Below are positions 12,792-24,075 of a stretch of DNA of 64,000 nt, in pieces. Position 1 is the stretch's first letter. Every line of letters begins with the position of its first letter. The notes under the pieces are model-generated. The model saw only the letters and a program-made list of their open reading frames with translations, was not told the DNA's origin and did no database searches. The translations under genes were made by a program, and so were the position numbers. Location of the stretch: assembly GCA_030265395.1 (NCBI GenBank), contig JARFYF010000052.1, positions 118,279,125 to 118,343,124 of the forward strand, given 5' to 3'. The stretch comes from Rhina ancylostomus (lineage: Eukaryota).

Positions 12792-13089
12792 GGAGGAGAG
12801 AGGGAGGGAGCTCCCAGATTTATTGAATGCTCTGGTGTTGTCATCAGAGAGAGGAATGCTGGGAGGGAGGTCTTTTATGCCAAGGAGCCAGGAGATGTGG
12901 CAGGGGCAACTGAGGAAGAACCTGGCAGCAGATGGCTCCAGATGTCTCCTTCAGGTGTGAGAGTCCCCACTAATTTGGACAGGAAAGGTTTTGAAGGTTA
13001 AGGGTAAAATGCTGGCAAATGGGACATCTTGGTCAGCAGGGTCCAGGTGGGTTGAAGGGCCTGCTTTCATGCTGTATAATTGTATAACT
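12792..13089 (+). mobile_element. Chimeric SINE-like element (unidentified ~180-bp head + CR1 3' tail), copy 1
   Basis: Highly similar to 50142-50456, with the same first bases (ggaggagagaggg); CR1 tail begins at ttggacagg. Confidence 0.75.
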
Positions 13090-13149
13090 TAACTAGTGCT
13101 GAAAGAAATTTCATGTCATCCCAAGTTATGTCAGGGTGAGCTGTCCAAA

Positions 13150-13405
13150 ACTGAGAACAGCCATTTCAGTAAATAGATCAGGGACTTGTTCATTCTTTTT
13201 CTCCTGGAGCCATCCACCTGCATCTCATGGTCCTCAGACTCTGGGTCTCCATGTTCCTCTTCCTCTGGCACCAGATGCTGCCTTTGGACTGCAAGGTTGT
13301 GCAGTGCACAGCGAAGAAGTCTGCATCTGCTGGGTGTCTGCAGCAGCACACCCTGGATTGATGCAGACACCGGAATCTCGTTTTCAGGAGACTATTGGGA
13401 TTTTT
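13150..13405 (-). pseudogene. PIF/Harbinger (HARBI1-like) transposase fossil A, C-terminal part
   Basis: LLKTRFRCLHQS, then (frameshift) RCRLLRCALHNLAVQR and an acidic tail; matches the Harbinger LLKxRFRCL...CCxLHN motif. Confidence 0.8.
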
Positions 13406-13410
13406 CACAA

Positions 13411-15040
13411 TGGCATTGGAATTGGTTTATTATTGTCACTTGTACCAAGGTACAGTGGAAAAACTTGTCTTGCATAATGATCATACAGGCCAATTCATTA
13501 CACAGTGCATTGAGGTAGTACAAGGTAAAACAATACAGAATGCAGAGTAAAGTGTAACAACCACAGAGGAAGTGCAGTGCAGGTAGACAATAAGGTGCAA
13601 GGTCATAATGCGGTAGATTGTGAGGGCAAGAGACTATCTTATCTTACTAGGAAACCATTCAATAGTCTTATAACAGCGGGATAGAAGCTGTCCTTAAGCC
13701 TGGTGGAGGCTTTTTAACTTCTGTCTGAGGGGAGAAGAGAGAATGTCCCAGGTGGATGGAGTCTTTGATGATGCTGGCCACTTTACCAAGATAGCAAGAA
13801 GTATAGACAGAGTCCATGGCGGGGAGGTTGGTTTCTGTGACATGCTGGGCTGTGTCCACAACTCTTTGCAGTTACTTGCATTCCTGGGCAGAGCAGTTGT
13901 CGTACCAAGCAGTAATACATCCAGATAGGATGCTTTCTATGCTGCATCGATTAAAAATTGGTGAATGTCAAGGGGAACAAGCCAAATTTCTTTAGCCTCC
14001 TGAGGAAGTAGAGGCGCTGATGAACTTTCTTGGCAGTGGCATCTATGCAGAGGGACCAAGACAGGCCATAGGTGATGTTCACTCCTAGGAACTTGAAGGT
14101 CTCAACCCTCTCGACCTCAGCAGCATTGATGGAGACAGGTGTATGTGCACTGCCCCCTTTCCTGAAGTCACTGACCAGTTCTCTTGTTTTGCTGCCATTG
14201 AGGGAAAGGTTGTTGTCATGACACTGTGTCACTACTCCACTCCCTATACACTCATGACTGTGTGGCCAGATTCTGCTCTAGTGCCATCTACAAGTTTTCA
14301 GATGATATCACCATAGTAGACCATACCTCAAATAACAATGAGTCAGAGTACAGGAAGGAGAGAGAGCTTAGAGGGCTGAGGACACAGCCTTTGTAGGGCA
14401 CCAGTGTTGAGAATAATTGTGCCAGAGATGTTGCTGCCTATCCTCACTGATTGCAGTTTGTTGGTCAGGAAGTCAAGGACCCAGTAGCAAAAGGAGGTGT
14501 TGAGTTCCAGGTCTCTTGAGTTTGGTCATGAGTTTGCTTGGAATTATAGTACTGAAGGCAGAGCTGTATTTAATAAACAATAGTTTAAGATAGATGTTTT
14601 TACTGTCTAGGTGCTCCAGAGATGAGTGTAGGGCCAGGGAGATGGTGTCCTCCATTGATCTATTTCAGCAGAGGGTGAATTGCAGTGGGACAAGGTTTCC
14701 TGGGAGTCTGGAGTTAATGCGTGCCTTGACCAACCTCTTGAAGCACGTCATGATGATTGATGTCAGAGCCACCAGGCAGTTGTCATTAAGGAACGTTGCC
14801 TTGTTTTGCTTAGGTACCAGGATGATAGTGGTCTTAAAGCAGGTTGGAACCTCAGATTGAAGCAGGGAAAGGTTAAAATGTCTCCAAATACCCTTGCCAA
14901 CTACTCTGCACAGGATCTGAGGACATGGCCAGGGACACCAAGTGGGCCATATGGTCTCCTTGGGTTCACTCTCTGGAAGACTGATCTTGCATCCTCCACG
15001 GTGACCATGGGTTCAGGTTCATTGGAGGCTGTCAGGCTCT
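13411..15040 (-). mobile_element. Rex1/Babar LINE RT region and 3' end (degenerate, with internal inversion)
   Basis: EDTISLALHSSLEHLD..YLKLLFIKYSSAFSTIIPSKL; CHDNNLSLNGSKTRELVSDFRK..FKFLGVNI..QRLYFLRRLKKF; 3' tail at about 13411. Confidence 0.92.
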
Positions 15041-15044
15041 ATGG

Positions 15045-15330
15045 CAGTCAGCAGCTGTGGTAGAGCAGCCAGTTGGTGAGACGAGCCAGCATTAGAAGGT
15101 AGCCCAGGATCCATATCTTCAGGTAGTGTAGCTGCAGTTTGGGCTCCCTGAGAACAAATGCTTCATGGAAATGTATCACTGACCATGGGGAAGTTATTAT
15201 GATTCATAACCACTCGAACATCAAAGGAGTGGACACCATTCCTCTTGCGGAAATTGCCTGTATTATCAGGTGGAGTCCTTGTTTGTGCTGTCAATGGCTG
15301 ACTGCACTCCTAGGAAGCTGACAATGACTT
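15045..15330 (-). pseudogene. PIF/Harbinger transposase fossil A, catalytic middle part
   Basis: Manual translation with frameshifts: SFLGVQSAIDST / FRKRNGVHSFDVRVV..DTFP / HEAFVLRE..WILGY, corresponding to GAIDCTH / NRKGxHSxNVQ / PGSxHDAFIL / WLLGDxGY. Confidence 0.8.
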
Positions 15331-15332
15331 GT

Positions 15333-15678
15333 AGAGTCATACAGCACAGAAACAGGCCCTTCGGCCCATTGAGTCCACTCTGACCTTCGAGGAACCATTT
15401 ACACTAATCCTGCACTAATTCCATTTTATTNNNNNNNNNNNNNNNNNNNNNNNNNNNTCCCCCCCCCCCCCCCCCCCCAAGATTCTGCACTCACCTACAC
15501 ACTTGTGGCAATTTACAGTGGGTAGCTGATGTACAGATCTGCATGTCATTGTGATGTGGGAGGAAACCCATGTGATCGAAAAGAGAATGTGCAAACTCCA
15601 CGTAGACAGCACTGAAGGTCAGGGTTGAACCCAGGTCATTGCAGCTGCAAGGCAGTGGCTCTACCATCAGTGCCACTC
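15333..15678 (-). mobile_element. tRNA-derived V-SINE (HE1-like)
   Basis: gagaatgtgcaaactccac..gacagcac..aggtcagggttgaacccaggtc; CR1-type tail agagtcatacagcacagaaacaggccc. Confidence 0.88.
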
Positions 15679-15689
15679 CAAAAAAAAGT

Positions 15690-16070
15690 GCAAGCAAATT
15701 TCGCTGCATAAGACGTCGTCATCTATGGTGAGGATGTTTGGAGATAAGCTAACCTTGACCTCCATAGAGAGACTAGTTTGAGCATGAGAATGTGGCTGAA
15801 GATCTTCCCATAAAAATTCCTTGAGAAGCCTGAGCTTGTGAACATGCAGTTCATCACTGAGGTCTAGTTGGAAACATGATGTCTCTGACGATCCTGTGGG
15901 AGAGATCTCTCTGCAGACCCACCAGCGTGGTGAGTCATTGCCATAAGGGTGCTTCCAGTAAAGGAGTGCTACCATTAGTGTCATTACTGTGGCACCTATT
16001 ATACGAATATCACAACAGCTGAATGCTGAAAATGGCACTCTGAACTTTGGAAAGTCTTTGAGCAACTGCT
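15690..16070 (-). pseudogene. PIF/Harbinger transposase fossil A, N-terminal part
   Basis: LDLSDELHVHKLRLLKE..EDLQPHSHAQTSLSMEVKVS resembles the HARBI1-like N-terminal region and matches the frame at 52070-52210. Confidence 0.65.
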
Positions 16071-17139
16071 AGGGAGTTCAGTCTGTTCAGTTGAGTTTCC
16101 CAACGTCTTTAAATGGATTTAAAAACAACAAAGTAGCACGATGTGCTCCAGATTGGATTGTGACTGTTCAACAATGGTTGTAGGTTGCATGCGAAAGCTC
16201 CAGTTTATTCTGAAGGAAGATACGGGTGCTGTGATGTCATTTGGTATGCATATGATGTGTAGAAGTGCCCAGACCAATTTCCTAACAGCTGCAGCTTCAC
16301 CATGAAAGGACTGCTGACATGCTCCAACCTGTGTAAAGTTGCTTTTGTACCTGATTTGTGCATTTATTTTAAAAAAATGGTGTGAATAAATCTAGTTTCT
16401 AAGCTACAGATTTTCACATGCATTTTTTTTAACAGTTGAACTCGGCAGAAATACAATGCTGATGAAGCTTTTTGTTGCGTGTTAAACTTGCATTATCTGA
16501 GTCTGTGACTCTTTGAGTCTGTTTCATCAAAAACATCTGTGATATCATTCAGGTACAGGCTGTCCAGACATGTCTGGCAGGGCTGAGGCAGGCAACACTT
16601 GTCAGCCACTGTTGGGGATATATTACTGTTGTGTGTTTTATTTTCCTTTCATAAATTAACACTCCGGTTGGACTGTTCGGAGAGTGATAGGTCTAGAAAT
16701 TCACTTGTATATATTTTAGTCTTTGTATAAATGTTTGCAGTACCTGCTGTTTCCAGAACATTTAGTGTCACTCTGGAAATTTTGGGCATTTCCCAAATTT
16801 TCCCAGAAGGTGGTCTGTCCTGATACTTGTCATGCATGTCAATCCTCATGCAACCTCTTTGTTTTGCAGTGATGGCGGGTGAAATTCATTCATAATTTTC
16901 CAATGCTCCTCTGTCACTGGTCACTCGCAGACCAATCAGATTTCATAAAGCTGTTTTCTCTGCCGCTAGGTCATTTAAAGGAGCAGTCACACTTCATATG
17001 TAACTTAAGCATTCTGCTCCACAACATTGAGGCCAGATGCTCATTCTAAAATTCACATTTTCCCCCACCCCACCCCCATCATCACTGAGGCTTCTGTTAC
17101 CACTTCCAAACTTGGAATAGGGCAAAATTAATGATGTCA

Positions 17140-18225
17140 GAGGATTGGGAAAACTTTTAGAAAGCAGCAAAGGACAACATGAAGAAATGAGGAAAAATGT
17201 ATGGTATGAAAGTAAATTTAGAAAATAATATAAAAACCGTAAGAGTTTCTGCAGCTGTATAAAAAGAGGAGTTAAACTAAACATTCATTCCCTTCAGAAT
17301 GAGACCAGGGAATTAGTAAGGAAAAATAGGAATGGCAGATTCCTAATAATTACATTGGATTGGTCTTCATTGTAGAAATCACTAAACCATTCCGATAATA
17401 ATAGATAATCCAGGAGTTATAGGGAAGCAGGAAGCTAAAATTACTCCATCGTAAGAAAAGACCAAATGGGACCAAAAGCTGACAAGTCCACTGGACCTGC
17501 ATCCTTGGGTCTTGAAGGAAGTGGCTGCAGAGACAGTAGATGTATTGGTGGTAATCTACCGAAATTACCTGGATTCTGGAGAGATTCAGGTGGATTGGGG
17601 GAAAAAGATGACCTTTCAAGAAAGGAAAGAGATAAGAAGCAGGAAACTATTCAGAAAGTGCTGGGACTCATTGTTAAGGTGGTAAGAGGAAGACCTTTAG
17701 AAAATTATAAAACAAGCAAGCAGAATTAACTTGGATTTATGAAAGGGAAATTGTCATAGAGTCATACAGCATGGAAACAAGCCTTTTAGTCCACTGAGTC
17801 TGTGCCAACCATTTACACTGATCTCCTTTTATTCTTCCCACATTCCCATCAAATTCCCATAGATTCTACCACTCTTAAGCATTAGGGTCAATTTACAGTG
17901 TCTAACCAACTTGCAATCTTGCACATCTTCAAGATGTGGGAGAAAATCAGAGCAACCAGAGGAAACCCATGCAGTCATGGGGAGAAAGTGCAAATTCCAC
18001 ACAGACAGCACTGGAGCTGAGGATTGAGCCCAGATCCCTGGAGCTGTGAGGCAGTAGCTGTACTAGTTGTGCCAATATGCCACCTCAATATNNNNNNNNN
18101 NNNNNNNNNNNAAATTTGCTAGCATTCTCTAGGAATGAGGATGAAAGGGAACTGGTAGATGTGTTTTTGCATTGTATGGCAGAATGGGCTGGAGGGGCTG
18201 ATTAGCCTCCTACCAATTCCTAAAC
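17140..18225 (+). mobile_element. CR1 LINE fragment (RT region joined to 3' tail), interrupted by a V-SINE
   Basis: KADKSTGP; LKEVAAETVDVLVVIYRNYLDSGE; ggatttatgaaagggaaa; resumes at about 18112 and ends in gggctggaggggctgattagcctcct. Confidence 0.75.
17756..18086 (-). mobile_element. tRNA-derived V-SINE (HE1-like)
   Basis: gtgcaaattccacacagacagcac...ggattgagcccagatccctggagctgtgaggcag. Confidence 0.88.
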
Positions 18226-21200
18226 ATTATATTCTTGAATATTTGATGAACGACTTGGAAGAGGCCCAGAGGCATCTGATGAGCCATGGGTCTGCTCAGG
18301 GTCCCTGAGGGTGGAGAGGGGGGCCCCCCCCCCCCCCCCCCCGTGGGGGGCCCCCCCACCCCCNNNNNNNNNNAGAGTGGGTGGGTTCTTAACTGAAGAG
18401 GTAGAGCAAGACATTGTGATGCAGAGTATCCAACCGTCACAGCCACAGATTGTTCATTCTCAGAGCCATCCTCTTGGCCTGCTGGCTCCCCAACACGGAC
18501 TTATGGGGGGAAATGGTTCATGGAATGGCGTCTGTGGTCAACCTGGAAGGGCAAGGGATAGAAATGGTAGCAATACTGCATGCACTGTCTCCATGTGGAA
18601 AATATCATTGTACCAAGGGAATGCATCATGAGGAAGAAGGGAAAGGTATTTTCTTACCACAGTGATTCTAAGCCTGTTGCGCTGAACTTGAGCATGCTGA
18701 TTGATACAATACCCATTTAAGGGGGTGCATTCGAGCCTAAGATGCCTCTCTCCCCCTGTCTGGAAGGACAGGTGTTATTAGTAAAATGGATCAATGACAT
18801 GAGTGTGGTTCTTGAAGGAGTGAATCAACATCTGGATAAGAAAACACATTTTACATGTGCAGGATATACAGGTCTTGCTGTCACGTAGCTTGTGAGATCA
18901 TGCTGTTACTTCCAGTTTTGCTTTGTTTCGGGATGTGTTGCTCCTGAAAGGACAATCTGCTAACTTTTGCCAGGTGTGCCCAACTTTTGCCTCAGAAGAC
19001 TAGCGCCTCCTCCTTGAGTGGATTTATTCCATTGAAATCTCTGTCTTCATCTGTGAATCTGGGAGAACTCTTCCTCCTCTCTCCTCTCTGCTATTTTTCA
19101 TGAGTTGAGATAATAGGTTGGGGTTGCTTGGGCTGCATTAAGGCACGAGTCCATAAGGTTGGAGAGACAGGGCAAAGCATTGGCAGTGGCACAGAATATT
19201 TCGGTTAGGGGGCATCAGTCTCTGTATGAAGCAGTGTTTGTGGAAAAATGTCACACAGTAGTTGGGATGGTGATGCTTTGCCAACTTTTAAAATCAGCAC
19301 TAGTGCCACACATTGAATATTAACACAGGGCTGATTTCGGAGGAAATGAATTTCTATGGCCTTGTATTTTATTTCACCAGGCCCCCTTTATGATACATTT
19401 GAGAACCACTGGGAAAGAAATGCATTTCATAAAAATGAAGGTTGGGCTCTGTTACGAAAGGAGATGATGTGTTAGGCCTGGGGCTCTTGTTCAGGCTAGA
19501 TTCAACTATGACAATGAAACGATATTTCTTCCTCCTTGTTTTATCCTTTTTTTGGACCTTGGGGATGTCAATTGAAGCATCTCTTTCTTCCAATGGGACC
19601 TATTTGGCTGGTGTGAATACCACTGCATGTTCTCCAACAGTAAGCCCGTTTGTTTTCATAAATAAAATGCTGCACTCATAAATTGAGCAGTCTTGTGCAC
19701 TTGGAATAAATTCCATATTGCAGTTGTACATGATAACATGAATTTATTACACGCAGTTCAGTAGAGTCATTGGCTGTAGTAAAGCATCGCGGTGGGTGTG
19801 TGAAATATGTGACACTCAGCAGAACAGAAACAGATTTTATCAGTCCAGACCCGGGTTATTCCTGGAGAGAACATTTAATGTAAGAGTAGGGCTAGGTACT
19901 GGTAGTTACAGGCCTGTTACTGGTGGTGGTAGTGGTGGAACAATCTGTGGTAATGAAACAAGCATGTTCACAACACTAAAGTGCAGATGCCTGATTGTTT
20001 TTGTTCCGGTTTATTGATCAATATATATCAATATCTGGGGAACAGGACTGAGTTACTGGTTGCATGTTAGAAAACAAGTGTGCAGGCAGGAGCAAAGACA
20101 TTGAATGTCTCCCACTGCACACCATGAATGTTAAGCTCTGTAGCCCTCTCCCTATTCTCTGGAATCAGTTTCATATTATACATTTTTAGCAAAGGTAGGC
20201 TAAGTGGCATGTGGGGAATCCCAGGAAGCAGACATCACTTTATTCCAGAACATTTCCTGAGCTGTTAGACTACAGCAGGGAGCACTTAGCTGCTCAGAAC
20301 ACCAGGTGGGCAAGACTGCATGCTTACACTGCTGTAACAATTTTGTGATGTTTAAACTGTCAGTCAGTCTCAGCGCTGGCAATCCAAGATAGCTTCATAA
20401 CAGATACTTAAATCTGCTCCTTTGGGAATCATGACCAGGGTAATTGCGTGAAGTGAATGGAGAACAGCAAACTAGCCCAGACACCATAGTTAAATAAATT
20501 TTGCAAAGGAGGGACCATGGAACAAGAGCTTTAATGGTTTGTATCTAAATTTCAGTATACAACGATTTATCTTCTGGGAAGTTGTGCAATCAAACCAGCA
20601 AGTCTGAGGCTTTAAAAAATTAAAGTGACATCTGCATGATGATAAATGAGCAAGAAGTCATCTTATTTATTTCTGTGCTACCTCGGACTGCAGGCAAAGT
20701 GCTTGATTTAAACAATCTAGAACGCCCCCACATACTGTAGCAGGGAATCAAATGCTGGAGGTTTGATTGAAAGATTTGGCCTGCTAGTCTCTCCTTCAAA
20801 CAGAGGGTGGATTGGTTGCTCCCAGTATACAGCACAGAACAGTTAGTGCTTTTTATAGTGGCTGTTTAATCAGAATTACAGATTGAACAGTTCTTGTGCC
20901 ATGATAAAGAAGTTGAACTTTATGTATTGTGGAGGGGAGCAGCTGTGGCTGGGAGTGGAAATCAGGGATTTGAAATTAAGACAGCAGGACTACAATGATC
21001 TATGCCAAAAAGTACATTGGAAAGGAATGTGTACCTCAGTTTCTTTCTCACCAAGGCTTGGTCTTCATCTTGGTGGGTGTTCATTGGATCCAAGGGATGA
21101 TCTGATTCTACAGTTTCCAAACAGTGGATGTCAAAAGATGGTGGGTTTAAATTACACGTAAGGATTTGTTGGTTTGTAATAAAGGTTGAAACTGCAGTGT

Positions 21201-23399
21201 AAAATTGAAGAAGCTCTTCATTGCTGAAAATGTCTTTTGAAACTAGTGCTCCATTAGCCAATCGGGGGATGTAAAATTTTCAGGGATCATATGGCACTGT
21301 ACAAGGCACAGCATGAAATTCACCACGTGTCTTGCCCAACAATCCTCCTTCGGTTAATAGTATCAAGATTTGGACATTAATTTTTACTTATCATTTGCTG
21401 TAATTGTTGTGTACATTATTAGTTATTACAAACCAGTTATTACATGACTAACTGAATAGTGGATAACAGCAATAACTCAAGTTGGAATTGACGCCAGATT
21501 GGTTTGAGATCTCCCACGGAGAGCATATGTTGATATGCAAGATGAAAGTTCTTCATCCTTTGCACGATCGTTCTAGCTTGGGAGGTGAAGGGGTGGAGTG
21601 TTGTCACTATTGATGGTGATAATCCTTGAGTAAATCTAGAATCAAATGTTTAAAGAACTAATTTTCTCTGGTGTCTTTGTGTGCCTGTTTCCTTTTGTTA
21701 TGAAGGATTTGTAATTTGAAGTTTCCTACTGCAGGCTAGGATAGATCTGATCACTACTGGCTGAAGTCTTTAAGAAATCCTAGTTTGATTTGGCTGAGTA
21801 CAATATTGAATTGGAGACCGGGCTGGAAAAAGTTTGAAGAGCTCAGTTGGTGCAGTAGACTTCAACAGCTTGTGGTAAGCTTCTGAATCTGGCAACAGTT
21901 GTTATGTCATGTGACAGGATAAGGGGTAGAGCAGCAGCTCTATTGCATATCCCAAACAGGAGCTTTAATGATAATGAGAGTTTGTTTTTCAAATGCTCTG
22001 ATGTTTTCACTTAGGATGAAATATGTCAGTGCTTTTCAGCATTTTATCATAAAGGGTCTCATGCAGTGTAAAGCTGCTCTTGCTCCACCCACAGAATGTG
22101 GCTGAACCACAATTTAAAAAAAGCTGACGTTACTGTACCTCTCCATTTCCCACATCAGCTTTGTAAATCTACTGCCAGTTGATGCCAAATAGGGAAGTAT
22201 TGTCTTCTGCATCTATGTCCTTTATTAAGTAGCCTCAAAGTGATATCCCTAGAGATAAAAAGCTGTACTAACCACCCTTACACGACCTATCTACTTACCT
22301 TAAAGGTCATTTGAGGACCACGAAAGAGATATACCCTGAAAATTGTGGGATAAACTCCTAAAAATATTTGTGTCATTTAGCCTGAAATGTTAACTCTCCC
22401 CATCTACATCAGCAGGGTCACCTACTGTACACCCCCAGTATTGTTTAGAATGTGTTTGCTTTTCTGTTAGAAACAAGGGTCCTGAATAGTAGAGCGTCTC
22501 CTCTAGGTTAATAATTTCATGGAGGGACTTTGACTCTTTTGAACCATGCTCAACTTTGGAGGACAAGAGTTCTGAGGAAGCTACGTTAAGAGGCAGGTTC
22601 CTCACCGTGCCTGGGAAAGTCATGGGAGCTCTCTGTATTCCATCACATTTATGGATTGCACTGGTCCTAATGTCTGAGAGAGAGCAGGTGTCCATATGTA
22701 CTCGAACAATGTATCCAGAGCAGATTCAGTGATCAAAAGAAGTACTGTGGAATGTTAATGGCACTGTGGCATGGGCTTTTAGAGCCTTAATAACACAATT
22801 TAAATAAAAGAATTCACTTGACATGTCTATTAGTGCACCTGTTACATTGAATGTTTTAGCATACATTATCATTGGAAGAATAGACCTGACATAGTGCTTG
22901 ACAGCTGTTCATTTTTGACAGTGAATGGTAATTTCACCAATCTGGTCGTCACCAGATGTGAATATTTTTCCAGATGGCACAACTGGGACCCTGGGCACAA
23001 TACCACCTCCCCAGCCCCGACCCACTGCAATCATTTGCAGCACCCACTCTCCTACCTGGTTTCAAGTCTGATAACTCAGCACGTGCCAAGAACTGAACTG
23101 GGGAACCTTGTGATCTACCTACACAGTCCACCATTACCTAACACCTTTAGCCATTACTGTTACTTGCATTGGCCTCAAAGCATATGGAATCATTCACAGT
23201 AACATAATCTGTGTCTTAATTGAAAGGATGATCTGTGGCACAGTTAGTCGCTAGTGTTTAACCTGTGAAGGTGTGTTTTATTATTGATCTATTTTGCAGG
23301 CTCCATCTATTTAGCAGCTCTAACTAGCTGCTGTTAGTTATTAACCCTTGAGCTCCTCAGACTAGAGTGATATGGAGGCCAGAAGTCTGATGTTACTAT

Positions 23400-24075
23400 G
23401 GAGACAAAAAATTCTGCGGATGCTGGAACCTGGAGCAATACAAAAAAAGTGTTGGAGGAACTTAGTGTGAGGTGTGGTTTGATGGGCGACCCAACATGGT
23501 GGGCCGAAGGGCCTGTATTGTGCTATATTGTTCTATGGAACAGCAGGTCAGGCAGCATCCATGGAGGGAAATAAACAGTTGACATATTGGGCCGAGACCC
23601 TTCATCAGGACTAGAAAAGAAGAGGGCAGAAGGTGGGGAGAGGGGGAGGAGCACACGCAGGCAGGGGATGGGTGAGTCCAGGTGATAGGTGAGTCCAGGT
23701 GAGAGGGGGAAGGTAGGTGGCAGGGGCAGAAGATGTAATAAGCTGAGAGGTGATATGTAGAAGAGGCAAAGGNNNNNNNNNNNNNNNNNNNNNNNNNNNN
23801 NNNNNNNNNNNNNNNNNNNNNNNNNNNNNNNNNNNNNNNNNNNNNNNNNNNNNNNNNNNNNNNNNNNNNNNNNNNNNNNNNNNNNNNNNNNNNNNNNNNN
23901 NNNNNNNNNNNNNNNNNTCTAGTTGGACACTCCCAAAGCAGAATATGAGGTGTTGGTCTTCCAACCTGCACCTGGTCTCAATGTGGCAGTAGAGGAGGCC
24001 ATGGATAGACATATCAGTGTCGGAGTGGGATGTGGACTTGAAGTGGGTGGCCACCAGGAGGTTCTGGCTGTTGTG
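23400..24075 (-). mobile_element. Penelope-like element: endonuclease-region C-terminus and terminal repeat; CR1 tail inserted at about 23463-23536
   Basis: VATHFKSTSHSDTDMSIHGLLYCHIETRCRLEDQHLIFCFGS matches the PLE GIY-YIG-region C-terminus; hammerhead-like core at 23581-23608. Confidence 0.85.

Noticed and set aside
18318-18363. G/C-run palindrome
   Set aside because: Homopolymer runs adjoining an N gap; likely low-quality sequence
19369-19681. Overlapping ORFs, one with a signal-peptide-like hydrophobic stretch
   Set aside because: No recognisable homology and no convincing splice sites; short ORFs are expected by chance
21740-21874. Open 45-codon stretch between ag and gtaagc (possible cassette exon)
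   Set aside because: The peptide resembles nothing known, and the stronger upstream acceptor gives stops in all frames
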